Below, one piece after another: positions 24,705 to 36,074 of a stretch of DNA of 64,000 nucleotides. The stretch spans positions 13,082,001-13,146,000 of the forward strand of contig OZ024756.1 of assembly GCA_964016885.1 (NCBI GenBank), in the 5' to 3' direction. This stretch comes from Eledone cirrhosa. Taxonomy: Eukaryota. Below the pieces are notes generated by a model that saw nothing but the letters and a program-made list of their open reading frames with translations, made no database searches and was not told the DNA's origin. The number at the start of each line of letters is the position of its first letter. The first letter of the stretch is position 1. The translations under genes and the position numbers were made by a program.

Positions 24705-26519
24705 GCAAATCCTGCTTTTAATTCCGTCACATACGTCTTGTGTAATTGGGTGACCGAGTTAGTCATCATCTTTATACCATTATTATTACTACAGCCACGG
24801 GTATATAATACAGCTTTATACAGAAGGTTTGTCTCGTTGGTGGTGGTCATGGAATGATTGCTATCTGGGAATCGCCATGTGGTCACCTGACATGTTAGAA
24901 ATAGCAATCAAATTAGCCTCAGATCACAGTCTAAATTCTTATATATATATATATCTATCTGTCACATTGATAATGTAGTCCTCGATACCCGTAGCATGAC
25001 AGGATTGCCACGGTTAGAACGCTTTTGATCATATGTCTGTTTGATCTGTAACTAAACAACAATAGGTACATTTCTTATCATTTTATATGGGTAATGTGAG
25101 GTGTAATCTCAGGTTTTGGGGTTTTACAAACCTTTAAAAGGCAGCCAAATTGCGATTGAATGTCAAATAAACCACTTTCATATTTTCCAAGATTGTTTAT
25201 TTGAGCATTTTTTCAATTTATTTAGGAAATAAATCACTTTACCATTCAAATACTCTAATACGTAAAAAAAAAAGTTTTTTTTTTTTCTAGGTTTGTTTTC
25301 GATTCGTACTCATAAAAGTCGATCAGATGAGATTGTTGGAAAAGATAAAACCAGGCTGACAAACATGTTTTTATTATGTTTAATATCATTTAGAGATAGA
25401 TAGGTGAATGTTTTATATCAATTTTAGATAAATATTTCAACAACGATTTCTCTCCATTGGCACGAGGCCAAATTTAGAAAGCTATGGGTATTGCCAAACG
25501 ATGAAGACCATTCGGAGATGGTCTGTGGCAACAATAACACCTACTTCGCAGGCCAACTCCGAATCAACTACATTTTCTGTTTGTGTTTCCCGTAATTCCT
25601 TTATTGGGCAACTAATTATGCAATACGCACCTGATGATGTCGCAAGGATTTTATGTAACCTTGCCATTGAAATATATAGTGTTTTTGCAACAATAAAACT
25701 TTAAGGGAATTTCACCAGTTCGACCTCCTGTTATTTTAATCAAACTATATATATATCATCATCATCATCCCTGTTTTACATCCGTTCTTCCACGCTAGCA
25801 TGGGTTAACATGTCCTGTTGCGGGCAGTGTCCGGTCGGCTGACCTTGCCTTGCTCATACGGGAACTGATTCTGGCTTGATTTCTACAGCTGGATGCCCTT
25901 CCTAACACCAACCTCATTTACTGTCAGTGCTGGATGCTTTTTTTTCCGTGGCGCCTACACGTCCACTTTTACAGTGTGGGTTGGGTGCTTTTTTGCCGTG
26001 GCACCTCCACGACCACTTTGCAGTGCGGGGTGTGGGGGCATATTGTCTATATGCTTCAGCTTCAGCTTGTACCCTTGGGGGGGGGGGGTCTTCTGTATTA
26101 CCATATATATATATATAAAACAAATGTTGCATAGTTTTTTCTAATATCCTGTTCATAATATATATATATATATATATATATAAAAAGAGAGAGAGGTGTG
26201 TGTGTGTAAAATCCCCGTCGCGGTCAGGATTTTATCTATCTCTATACCCATTCTGCATGCCCTCATGTATTGAGTTCTCCCATGAATAGTGGACTCCCTA
26301 GTCTCAGTACTGCAGACTCTCTGTCTCTCTCTACTATATATATAAAACGCTTGTGGCGAGAAGTAGGGGTCAAAAGTATCGCTGAAGACTTTCCTAACCT
26401 TGTGAACGGAAGAGTGTCAATTATCCTGAGTAGAGATGAACCCCCAAATTGCTAGCGATAGAGTGGACTCCACTAAAAGTACCCAAGGGGGGGGGGGCTG
26501 GTTGACTGTTGATCCTTAA

Positions 26520-26720
26520 CCTTTTACCATTTACATTACTCTATATTTACTATTGTATTTTCACGGTAAAGTGTTTCACATAATATAGCATATATGAGAT
26601 TTTGATATTTATTTTGAGAACAAAACCTTAACATCAGTATGAGTGGCCGGTTACAACCAGTTTGAACAGAAACAGGTGAGAGAATTCTGGCCAGATATGG
26701 CCGGTTTAAATGCTAAAGGG
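26520..26720 (-). mobile_element. piggyBac-type MITE
   Basis: Reverse-oriented copy with TTAA on the left and TAAATGCTAAAGGG at the end. Confidence 0.8.
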
Positions 26721-27040
26721 ATAAATAGGTGATAGGTATAGACGTACCAAGAGAAATTTCAGTACAGATGTTTACTTTTAGAAAACAAAATCGCATTTCT
26801 TTCTTGTCCTAAAATTATAAATAACTAAAGGAACATATGTTAAACAAGCTGTTAATAATGGAAAGAATGGGTGGGGGAAGCTAAAACTAATAATAGTATT
26901 TGATACATCTCCCTCTGTATTGAAACAGCTGTCATTTTTAGAATTACTGAGCCTCAGCTGTCGATCTGGTATAACCAGAACAGTCACCTTTCCTCTCTCA
27001 ATTATAATGGTTTGTTTTTGATGTTTTATAAATTACTTAA

Positions 27041-27279
27041 CCCTTTAACATTTACATTACTCTACATATACTGTTGTATTTTCACGGTAAAAGCTTTATC
27101 TCGCATATCATTTACATTACTCTATATTTACTATTGTATTTTCACGGTAAAGACTTCACATAATATCGAATCTATGAGATGTTGATATTTATTTTGAGAA
27201 CAATACCTTAACATCAGTATGAGAGACTGGTTATGGCTGAGAATTCCGGCCGGATGTGGCTGGTTTAAATGCTAAAGAG
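27041..27279 (-). mobile_element. piggyBac-type MITE with internal duplication
   Basis: TTAA flanks at 27037-27040 and 27280-27283. Confidence 0.75.
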
Positions 27280-27541
27280 TTAATACATGATATTAGAATT
27301 AAGATTTATGTGTCTGTAGTAATTCTATATATTCTGAAAGAACTATGGTACTGTAAATAACAAATATGTCATGGTCAAATAGTTTAGAAGTTTGCTTCAA
27401 TGGAATCTTGGGCAAGTCTTTTTACTGTAGCCTTGGGTTGGCCTGGTCCTAGCCTTATGATTGAAACTGTTTGGAAACCTCTCAGATGGACTGTACCTGT
27501 AATTCTAAGGGAAACACTGTGTCACCACAATCTCTCTATAA

Positions 27542-27713
27542 CAGTGGTCCCCAACCTTTTAAAAAGAGCAATTTATTAAATGGAAGAAAAAATGTATAAT
27601 CTTTTGATTCTCATTTAAATCTTTTTAAATTAAAGTCCAATATTCAATTTATACATCTATTATATGATTTTAAACAAGTTATTTCTTTGCGGCCTGATGG
27701 TTGGGGACCTCTG
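27542..27713. mobile_element. hAT (Charlie-like) MITE
   Basis: TIRs CAGTGGTCCCCAACC / GGTTGGGGACCTCTG; 8-bp TSD CTCTATAA / CCCTATAA. Confidence 0.8.
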
Positions 27714-28549
27714 CCCTATAAGACCTCAGTCAAGAGACTTCTATTGCCTCAGTGTGACTAATGCCTTGTGAGTAAATTTGGTAGACAGAAATTCTACTAC
27801 AGAAGCCTAGCAAGATGCAGACCTGAGCTGCCTGTGATGTCAGTAGCCCCATTTCAGTACTGACTTGGTCTATGTAGACCTGTCCAACCCTTGCTAGCAG
27901 GGAAAGCGGACATTAAAATGATAATGTTGATGGGGTATTTATTTATGTCCCACAGCTTGGCAGCTCAACAGAGGTCAGCAGTATATACCATGCTTCAAAG
28001 TATTGGGTTGACATCATGAACTTCATCTCGCTGTAGAACTACTGCCTCAAAAAATGTCTCATTTATTCCTTGCCTTCTACTTCTTCGCCTACTTATTCCT
28101 GAGAGGGTCGTGGAGGCAGAGTACTCAAACACTTCTTCCTGCAGGTCATGTCAGAAGCAACCGTCTCCAACTGATGCAGCTGGATCCCCAAGCGTGACCA
28201 GCCAAGCTCATGGATGTTATCAATGGGGTCTATCTCTGGGTCTCCTGATGTGATGAGGATGAGGATGATCCTATAAAAAATGAAGTAGCTTTTCACATGT
28301 ATGGGAAAACAATCATATGTATTTTTTTTATTATTAAATTGAGGCCAGTGAATTTTATTTATCACATGAATGAAACATATGTTGTGTCATCACAAAACAT
28401 GAATCAACACTTTATCACATTACAATAAACACTATTTTCTCTTAACTTTCTCACAAAAACACATCAGTCAATAACTCTTATTTATTCATATTTTTTTGTT
28501 GTTTTTGTTTTTGATATCTAACAAATAAATGAAGGTGCATAGTCTAGTG

Positions 28550-29414
28550 CAGTGATTCCCACTGTGGGGCAATTTGAAAATGATGTTAATGAGAGCAAAC
28601 TTCAGATTTTACCTTATTACTTTTACATCAAAGCACCTTTGGAACAAATTATTGTCGGAAACTCCTGTCTCACCTCCTCCACGCATGTTATTGTACATCT
28701 GGCATCACCTATACCAAGGTAACTTTGGTAGACATTACTGTCAGAAACTCCTGTCTCACCTCCTCCACGCATGTTATTGTACATCTGGCACCACCTATAC
28801 CAATGTAACTTTGGTAGACATTACTGTCAGAAACTCCTGTCTCACCTCCTCCACATGTTATTGTACATCTGGCACCACCTATACCAAGGTAACTTTGGTA
28901 GACATTACTGTCAGAAACTCCTGTCTCACCTCCTCCATATGTTATTGTACATCTGGCACCACCTATACCAAGGTAACTTTGGTAGACATTACTGTCAGAA
29001 ACTCCTGTCTCACCTCCACACATGTTATTGTACATCTGGCATCACCTATACCAAGGTAACTTTGGTAGACATTACTGTCAGAAACTCCTGTCTCACCTCC
29101 ACACATGTTATTGTACATCTGGCATCACCTATACCAAGGTAACTTTGGTAGACATTACTGTCAGAAACTCCTGTCTCACCTCCTCCACACATGTTATTGT
29201 ACATCTGGCACCACCTATACCAAGGTAACTTTGGTAGACATTACTGTCAGAAACTCCTGTCTCACCTCCTCCACACATGTTATTGTACATCTGGCATCAC
29301 CCATACACCAATTAGTTTATACTTTGTAGTTGATCATCGCTGTTTTTATATCAAAGTGGGACATGTTTGAGATGTTGAGGTGGGGTTTGGAGCACAAAAG
29401 GTTGGGAACCGCTG
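28550..29414. mobile_element. hAT (Charlie-like) MITE containing an ~83-86-bp minisatellite (~8 copies, ~28655-29310)
   Basis: TIRs CAGTGATTCCCA / TGGGAACCGCTG; perfect 8-bp TSD GTCTAGTG at 28542-28549 and 29415-29422. Confidence 0.85.
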
Positions 29415-30191
29415 GTCTAGTGTTTTGATTTGTAGCCATAACTTTGTGGGTTTGATTTCCTGACTGGGTGCTGTTAACTCAGCTAAAAAAAAAAATGTTT
29501 AATAAATATTAGTGGCAGCTGGGGTTTAACCTTCTAATGTAGTTTGAGTCTCTTAGTCCCTTCAATCTCAATTTGCTCCAAACTAGTTCTATGAAAGAAA
29601 ACTAACCAATTTAAAAAGTTTCCAAGTTAAATTAAACTCTTCCAACATAATTTGATATAAGACCCTTTTGTAACATCTTAATTGTGAAATGATAGATAAT
29701 TTTAGTAGATCCTTCCAAATTCTTTATTCACCATTGCAATAACAGTTGAACATTCTTGATAAAGCCTCCCCACAATTCATGATTTTCCATTGCTCCTGGC
29801 AACTGCTCTCTACTGAAGTTTGTATCATCTGGGCTGACCAAGATACTCTCATGGAATGACCAAATAAGGTTTATTTTTCAATATAGTCCATAGAAAGAAA
29901 CAATTGAGTTATTGAGAAGAAGAGTTGAAATTAATGGCATGCATGGTTTCACAGCTCTAGCATCACTCCTTCATAGTCAGCCTATGAATTTTTCAGCCAT
30001 CCCTTGTATATTTCCAAAGTGAAAAAAAAAAATTTAAATTTTCAATGTGCAGTTAATTAACGGTCCAAAATATTGAATCAGTTTAAATTTAAGCTTGTTT
30101 TGTCACACAATTTATTCATCTTATCTGTTTTCTGTTATCTTCTGCATTCAAACAGTAATTTACTGTTATTTGTTTTAAAACTGTTATTTAG

Positions 30192-30275
30192 GAAAGAAGT
30201 AGTACTAGTTCTTACACCCATCAGTCTCTGACACTTAAATACCGTCTGGACAATGAATATGAACTGGTATTTGTG
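30192..30275 (+). CDS. SRPRA: SRPRA coding exon 2
   Basis: TTTAG acceptor; ERSSTSSYTHQSLTLKYRLDNEYELVFV (conserved LKY.LDNE.ELVFV); donor GTAAGT; phase 0-0. Confidence 0.95.
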
Positions 30276-30360
30276 GTAAGTACTCACCTTCCAATACCTT
30301 TTTAAAAAACACCTTTATACTGACTCTTTTGCTGGGTGCAGGCATGGATGAATGATTTAA

Positions 30361-31402
30361 CCCTTTAGCATTTACATTACTCTATATATACTATTGTAAT
30401 TCCACAGTAAAGGCATTATCTCACATAATATCTCACATAACATTTAATTACTCTACATATACTCTATATATGGAGGCACATGGCTTAGTGGTTAGAGCAT
30501 TGGCCTTGCAATCGAAAGGTTGTGAGTTCAATTCTCAGACCGGGTGATGTGTTGTTTCCTTGAGCAAGACACTTTATTTCACATTGCTCCAGTTTACTCA
30601 GCTGTAGAAATGAGATGATAGGGACTGGGGTCCATATCATTCCACTGCAAAGTGGTCATGGAGGTGCCACAGCAAAAACACACCCAGCACTCACTGTAAA
30701 TGAGGTTGGTGTTAGGAAGGGCATCCAGCTGTAGAAATCAAGCCAGAATCAGTTCCCGTCCCACCCTTGCAGGCAGGGAAAAAGCGGACGTAAAATGAAA
30801 TGATGATACTATTGTATTTCCACAGTAAAGGCTTTATCTCACATAACATTTACATTACTCTATATATACTATTGTATTTTCACAGTAAAGGCTTTACCTC
30901 ACATAATATCTCACAACATTTACATTACTCTATATATACTATTGTATTTTCACAGTAAAGGCTTTACCTCACATAATATCTCACATAACATTTACATTAC
31001 TCTATATATACTATTGTATTTTCACAGTAAAAGCTTTACCTCACATAATATCTCACAACATTTACATTACTCTATATATACTATTGTATTTTCACAGTAA
31101 AGGCTTTACCTCACATAATATCTCACATAACATTTACATTACTCTATATATACTATTGTATTTTCACAGTAAAGGCTTTACCTCACATAATATCTCACAT
31201 AACATTTACATTACTCTATATATACTATTGTATTTTCACAGTAAAGGCTTTATCTCACATAATATCGAATCTATGAGATTTTGACATTATTCATTTTGAG
31301 AACAATACCTTAACATCAGTAAGAGTGGCCAGTTACAGCTGGTTTCAACAGAAAGAGATGAGAGAATTCTGACCGGATATGGCTGGTTTAAATGCTAATG
31401 GG
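30361..31402 (-). mobile_element. piggyBac-type MITE expanded by tandem amplification of an internal ~70-bp segment and interrupted by a SINE
   Basis: TTAA-CCCTTTAGCATTTA start and GGG-TTAA end; repeated CATTTACATTACTCTATATATACTATTGTATTTTCACAGTAAAGGC units. Confidence 0.8.
30471..30807 (+). mobile_element. tRNA-derived SINE with CORE-like middle and RTE-type tail
   Basis: TGGCTTAGTGG A box, GAGTTCAATTC B box, CCTTGAGCAAGACACTT, tail GCGGACGTAAAATGAAATGATGAT. Confidence 0.85.
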
Positions 31403-31639
31403 TTAATAAGCTTCACAATTATTAGGTGTCTTTTATTACCGCCTTGGGTTCACCATGAAATTGGTTAGGAATCTGTTGGAATATATTCTACCTGTAATTG
31501 AAAGGGCTAGCCTGAATAGATTGTACCTGTAATTGAAAGGGCTAGCCTGAATAGATTGTACCTATAATTGACATAATTAACCTTGTTACACTGTGTTACT
31601 CAGGCTGCGTGTCTTACTAAACTACAAATGTTTTGGGTT

Positions 31640-32540
31640 TTTCTCCAGTCACGCTACATCTGTTGTATATCTTTTCTACTGTCACACTACATCTGTTGTA
31701 TATCTTTTCTACTGTCACACTACATCTGTTGTATATCTTTTCTACTGTCACACTACATCTGTTGTATATCTTTTCTACTGTCACACTACATCTGTTGTAT
31801 ATCTTTTCTACTGTCACACTACATCTGTTGTATATCTTTTCTACTGTCACACTACATCTGTTGCATATCTTTTCTCCAGTCACACTACATCTGTTGTATA
31901 TCTTTTCTACTGTCACACTACATCTGTTGTATATCTTTTTTACTGTCACACTACATCTGTTGCATATCTTTTCTCCAGTCACACTACATCTGTTGTATAT
32001 CTTTTCTACTGTCACACTACATCTGTTGTATATCTTTTCTCCAGTCACACTACACCTGTTGTATATCTTTTCTACTGTCACACTACATCTGTTGTATATC
32101 TTTTCTACTGTCACACTACATCTGTTGTATATCTTTTCTCCAGTCACACTACACCTGTTGTATATCTTTTCTACTGTCACACTACATCTGTTGTATATCT
32201 TTTCTACTGTCACACTACATCTGTTGTATATCTTTTCTACTGTCACACTACATCTGTTGTATATCTTTTCTACTGTCACACTACATCTGTTGTATATCTT
32301 TTCTACTGTCACACTACATCTGTTGTATATCTTTTCTACTGTCACACTACATCTGTTGTATATCTTTTCTACTGTCACACTACATCTGTTGTATATCTTT
32401 TCTACTGTCACACTACATCTGTTGTATATCTTTTCTACTGTCACACTACATCTGTTGTATATCTTTTCTACTGTCACACTACATCTGTTGTATATCTTTT
32501 CTCCAGTTACACTACATCTGTTGTATGTCTTTTCTACCAT
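31640..32540. repeat. Minisatellite, 33-bp unit, ~27 copies, abutting the exon 3 acceptor
   Basis: Unit TCACACTACATCTGTTGTATATCTTTTCTACTG, with a TTTTCTCCAG variant. Confidence 0.95.
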
Positions 32541-32547
32541 CACTCAG

Positions 32548-32741
32548 GTAGCCTACCAAAAGATACTACAACTCTCCTATGTTGATAAGTTTTTGACTGC
32601 TATCCAAGTTGAGTTTCGGAATAAATATAAAGATGACCTACAACGGGGAAATATATCTCGGAACTTTGATTTTCGAGAAGATTTCAATATCCTCCTCAAG
32701 GAAACGGTGGATGAAAGCATACTGCAAGCCCAGAAGCCAAG
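32548..32741 (+). CDS. SRPRA: SRPRA coding exon 3
   Basis: CTCAG acceptor; VAYQKILQLSYVDKFLTAIQVEFRNKYKDDL...AQKP; donor GTAGGT; phase 0-2. Confidence 0.95.
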
Positions 32742-32894
32742 GTAGGTTGAAGTGTTTTAGTTATTATTAGTGAGAAATATAGAGAATTAAGATGCAGTGA
32801 CTAAGAAGTTAAGGTATTATTCCATTAATTGAGCACAGAATGACATTATAAATTAAAATATAGGTAACCTTGGTTTTAGTTAGTCTCAAGTTGC

Positions 32895-34700
32895 AGAAAA
32901 CTAGATGGTGATCAGTTGACAGTTGACAGCTCAGCCCCTCTCTTAACATTAACATTTAGCTCAGATAACTAGATGGTGGTCAGTTGACAGCTCAGCCCCT
33001 CTCTTAACATTAACATCTAGCTCAGAAAACTAGATGGTGATCAGTTGACAGTTGACAGCTCAGCCCTTCTCTTAACATTAACATCTACCTCAGATAACTA
33101 GATGGTGATCAGTTGACAGCTCAGCCCCTCTCTTAACATTAACATCTAGCTCAGAAAACTAGATGGTGATCAGTTGACAGCTCAGCCCCTCTCTTAACAT
33201 TAACATCTAGCTCAGAAAACTAGATGGTGGTCAGTTGACAGCTCAGCCCCTCTCTTAACATTAACATCTAGCTCAGAAAACTAGATGGTGATCAGTTGAC
33301 AGCTCAGCCCCTCTCTTAACATTAACATCTAGCTCAGAAAACTAGATGGTGATCAGTTGACAGTTGACAGCTCAGCCCCTCTCTTAACATTAACATCTAG
33401 CTCAGAAAACTAGATGGTGATCAGTTGACAGTTGACAGCTCAGCCCCTCTCTTAACATTAACATCTAGCTCAGAAAACTAGATGGTGATCAGTTGACAGT
33501 TGACAGCTCAGCCCCTCTCTTAACATTAACATCTAGCTCAGAAAACTAGATGGTGATCAGTTGACAGTTGACAGCTCAGCCCCTCTCTTAACATTAACAT
33601 CTAGCTCAGAAAACTAGATGGTGATCAGTTGACAGTTGACAGCTCAGCCCCTCTCTTAACATTAACATCTAGCTCAGAAAACTAGATGGTGATCAGTTGA
33701 CAGCTCAGCCCCTCTCTTAACATTAACATCTAGCTCAGAAAACTAGATGGTGATCAGTTGACAGTTGACAGCTCAGCCCCTCTCTTAACATTAACATCTA
33801 GCTCAGAAAACTAGATGGTGATCAGTTGACAGTTGACAGCTCAGCCCCTCTCTTAACATTAACATCTAGCTCAGAAAACTAGATGGTGATCAGTTGACAG
33901 TTGACAGCTCAGCCCCTCTCTTAACATTAACATCTAGCTCAGAAAACTAGATGGTGATCAGTTGACAGCTCAGCCCCTCTCTTAACATTAACATCTAGCT
34001 CAGAAAACTAGATGGTGATCAGTTGACAGCTCAGCCCCTCTCTTAACATTAACATCTAGCTCAGAAAACTAGATGGTGATCAGTTGACAGTTGACAGCTC
34101 AGCCCCTCTCTTAACATTAACATCTAGCTCAGAAAACTAGATGGTGATCAGTTGACAGTTGACAGCTCAGCCCCTCTCTTAACATTAACATCTAGCTCAG
34201 AAAACTAGATGGTGATCAGTTGACAGCTCAGCCCCTCTCTTAACATTAACATCTAGCTCAGAAAACTAGATGGTGGTCAGTTGACAGCTCAGCCCCTCTC
34301 TTAACATTAACATCTAGCTCAGAAAACTAGATGGTCGTCAGTTGACAGTTGACAGCTCAGCCCCTTTCTTAACATTAACATCTAGCTCAGAAAACTAGAT
34401 GGTGATCAGTTGACAGTTGACAGCTCAGCCCTTCTCTTAACATTAACATCTACCTCAGATAACTAGATGGTGATCAGTTGACAGCTCAGCCCCTCTCTTA
34501 ACATTAACATCTAGCTCAGATAACTAGATGGTGATCAGTTGACAGCTCAGCCCCTCTCTTAACATTAACATCTACCTCAGATAACTAGATGGTGATCAGT
34601 TGACAGCTCAGCCCCTCTCTTAACATTAACATCTACCTCAGATAACTAGATGGTGATCAGTTGACAGCTCAGCCCCTCTCTTAACATTAACATCCAGCAC
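32895..34700. repeat. Minisatellite, 61/68-bp unit, ~28 copies
   Basis: Unit AACTAGATGGTGATCAGTTGACAG(TTGACAG)CTCAGCCCCTCTCTTAACATTAACATCTAGCTCAGAA. Confidence 0.95.
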
Positions 34701-35428
34701 AGAATTAAAGAGATCAGAGTCAACATCAATTATTGATCTCTGTCCCTGATTCCCCTTATATAATGTATATTTATGGATGTCTCAGTGCTGGAAAAAGGTA
34801 TACATAATAGAGAGTTTGTTACTAGAACAGAAGTCTAGTAAGGCCTCTCTGTTTGTATTTAGATTGGGGTCACCATTCCTATCCATGTCGAGTCGTCAGT
34901 GCCAACATGCACTTTGAAGTCTCCCATCAGGATATATGACTCTCCCGGTAGAGCCACTACTTCTCCGAATTGCGAGATCAGAGCTCCGATACTATGGGGA
35001 TGGGGTTAGAATATCTCAGGAAAGAATCACTGGACAGATTTTATGAGCAAAACCAACTGGCAGGAGACCTCGGGGTAGACTCCGAGCAAGATGGTTGGAT
35101 AACATCAGGGAAGGCTTTATCTCACATAATATCGAATCTACGAGATTTTGATATTTATTTTGAGAACAATACATTAACGTCAGTATGAGCAGCCAGTTAT
35201 GGCCAGTTTGAACAGAAAGAGATGAGAGAATTCTGGCCGGATATGGTCAGTTTAAATGCTAAAGGGTTAAAAACCAGTTAAAGGTGTTTATTATTTTTTT
35301 CAATATACAAGGAAATGCTATATACATGTCTATATACATGTATAAATGCTATATACATGTCTATATACTAAAAATATGTGTAAATAATATACACATTTAT
35401 ACAGTGTTGGTTACTTCTATTCTGAATA

Positions 35429-35760
35429 TATGAGGTGGTATCAAAACATTTCTGGACTGTGGCACAGCAACAGTTGACAACACATGGTTGCGTGCATAGT
35501 GAGAGCTAGCAGTGACCTTCACGCACCAGTGTGTCGAGTGACATAGCTGTGATGACTTCGCATGTTGTGAAATTTATGTGTTTTTGCGATCACATGTATG
35601 CTGTAACCTGTGATTTTGTCATGAACAGGAAGTTGGAGCAATGAGCCAATGTGAAATTTTGCATTCAACTAGAGAAGTTAGAGGCATTGAGCCTGCTTCA
35701 GCAAGCTTACAATCTTGGGTCATATGCAATGTTTCGAGTGGCTTGGATACTTCAAAAGAA
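35429..35760 (+). mobile_element. Mariner-family transposon 5' remnant
   Basis: TA-TGAGGTGGTATCAAAA TIR-like start; degenerate transposase N-terminus MNRKLEQ*ANVKFCIQL. Confidence 0.6.
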
Positions 35761-35879
35761 GAAGCTTGTCGAAGCATACTAAATGTCTCACCAAGTGCAT
35801 CTTATTGTGAAATTAGCCTTGGCAGGGGGGTGGGGGGTGTTTTGATCGAGCTGAAGGGTCCTCAAAGCACTTTCTTTAA

Positions 35880-36074
35880 CCCTTCAGCATTCATATTATT
35901 TTATATATACTCTTATATTTTCATGGTAAATGCTTTACCTCACATAATTACCACACATAATATTGAATCTATGAGATTTTGAGAACAATACCTTAACATC
36001 AGTTTGAGTGACGAGTTACAGCCAGTTTCAACAGAAAGAGGTAGAGAATTCTGGCCAGTTTGAACATTAAAGGG
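35880..36074 (-). mobile_element. piggyBac-type MITE
   Basis: TTAA at 35876-35879 and 36075-36078; the homologous empty site (TTTAACAGGTTTTCT) is present in macrosatellite units. Confidence 0.85.

Noticed and set aside
30471-30545. tRNA genes at SINE heads (also 38268, 41221, 55651, 57158)
   Set aside because: A and B boxes are present but there is no complete cloverleaf; they continue into SINE body and tail.
31583-32547. 300-370-aa ORFs in four frames, one running in frame into SRPRA exon 3
   Set aside because: Produced by a stop-free 33-bp repeat; SRPRA homology starts exactly at the AG at 32546-32547 and exon 2 joins there in phase.
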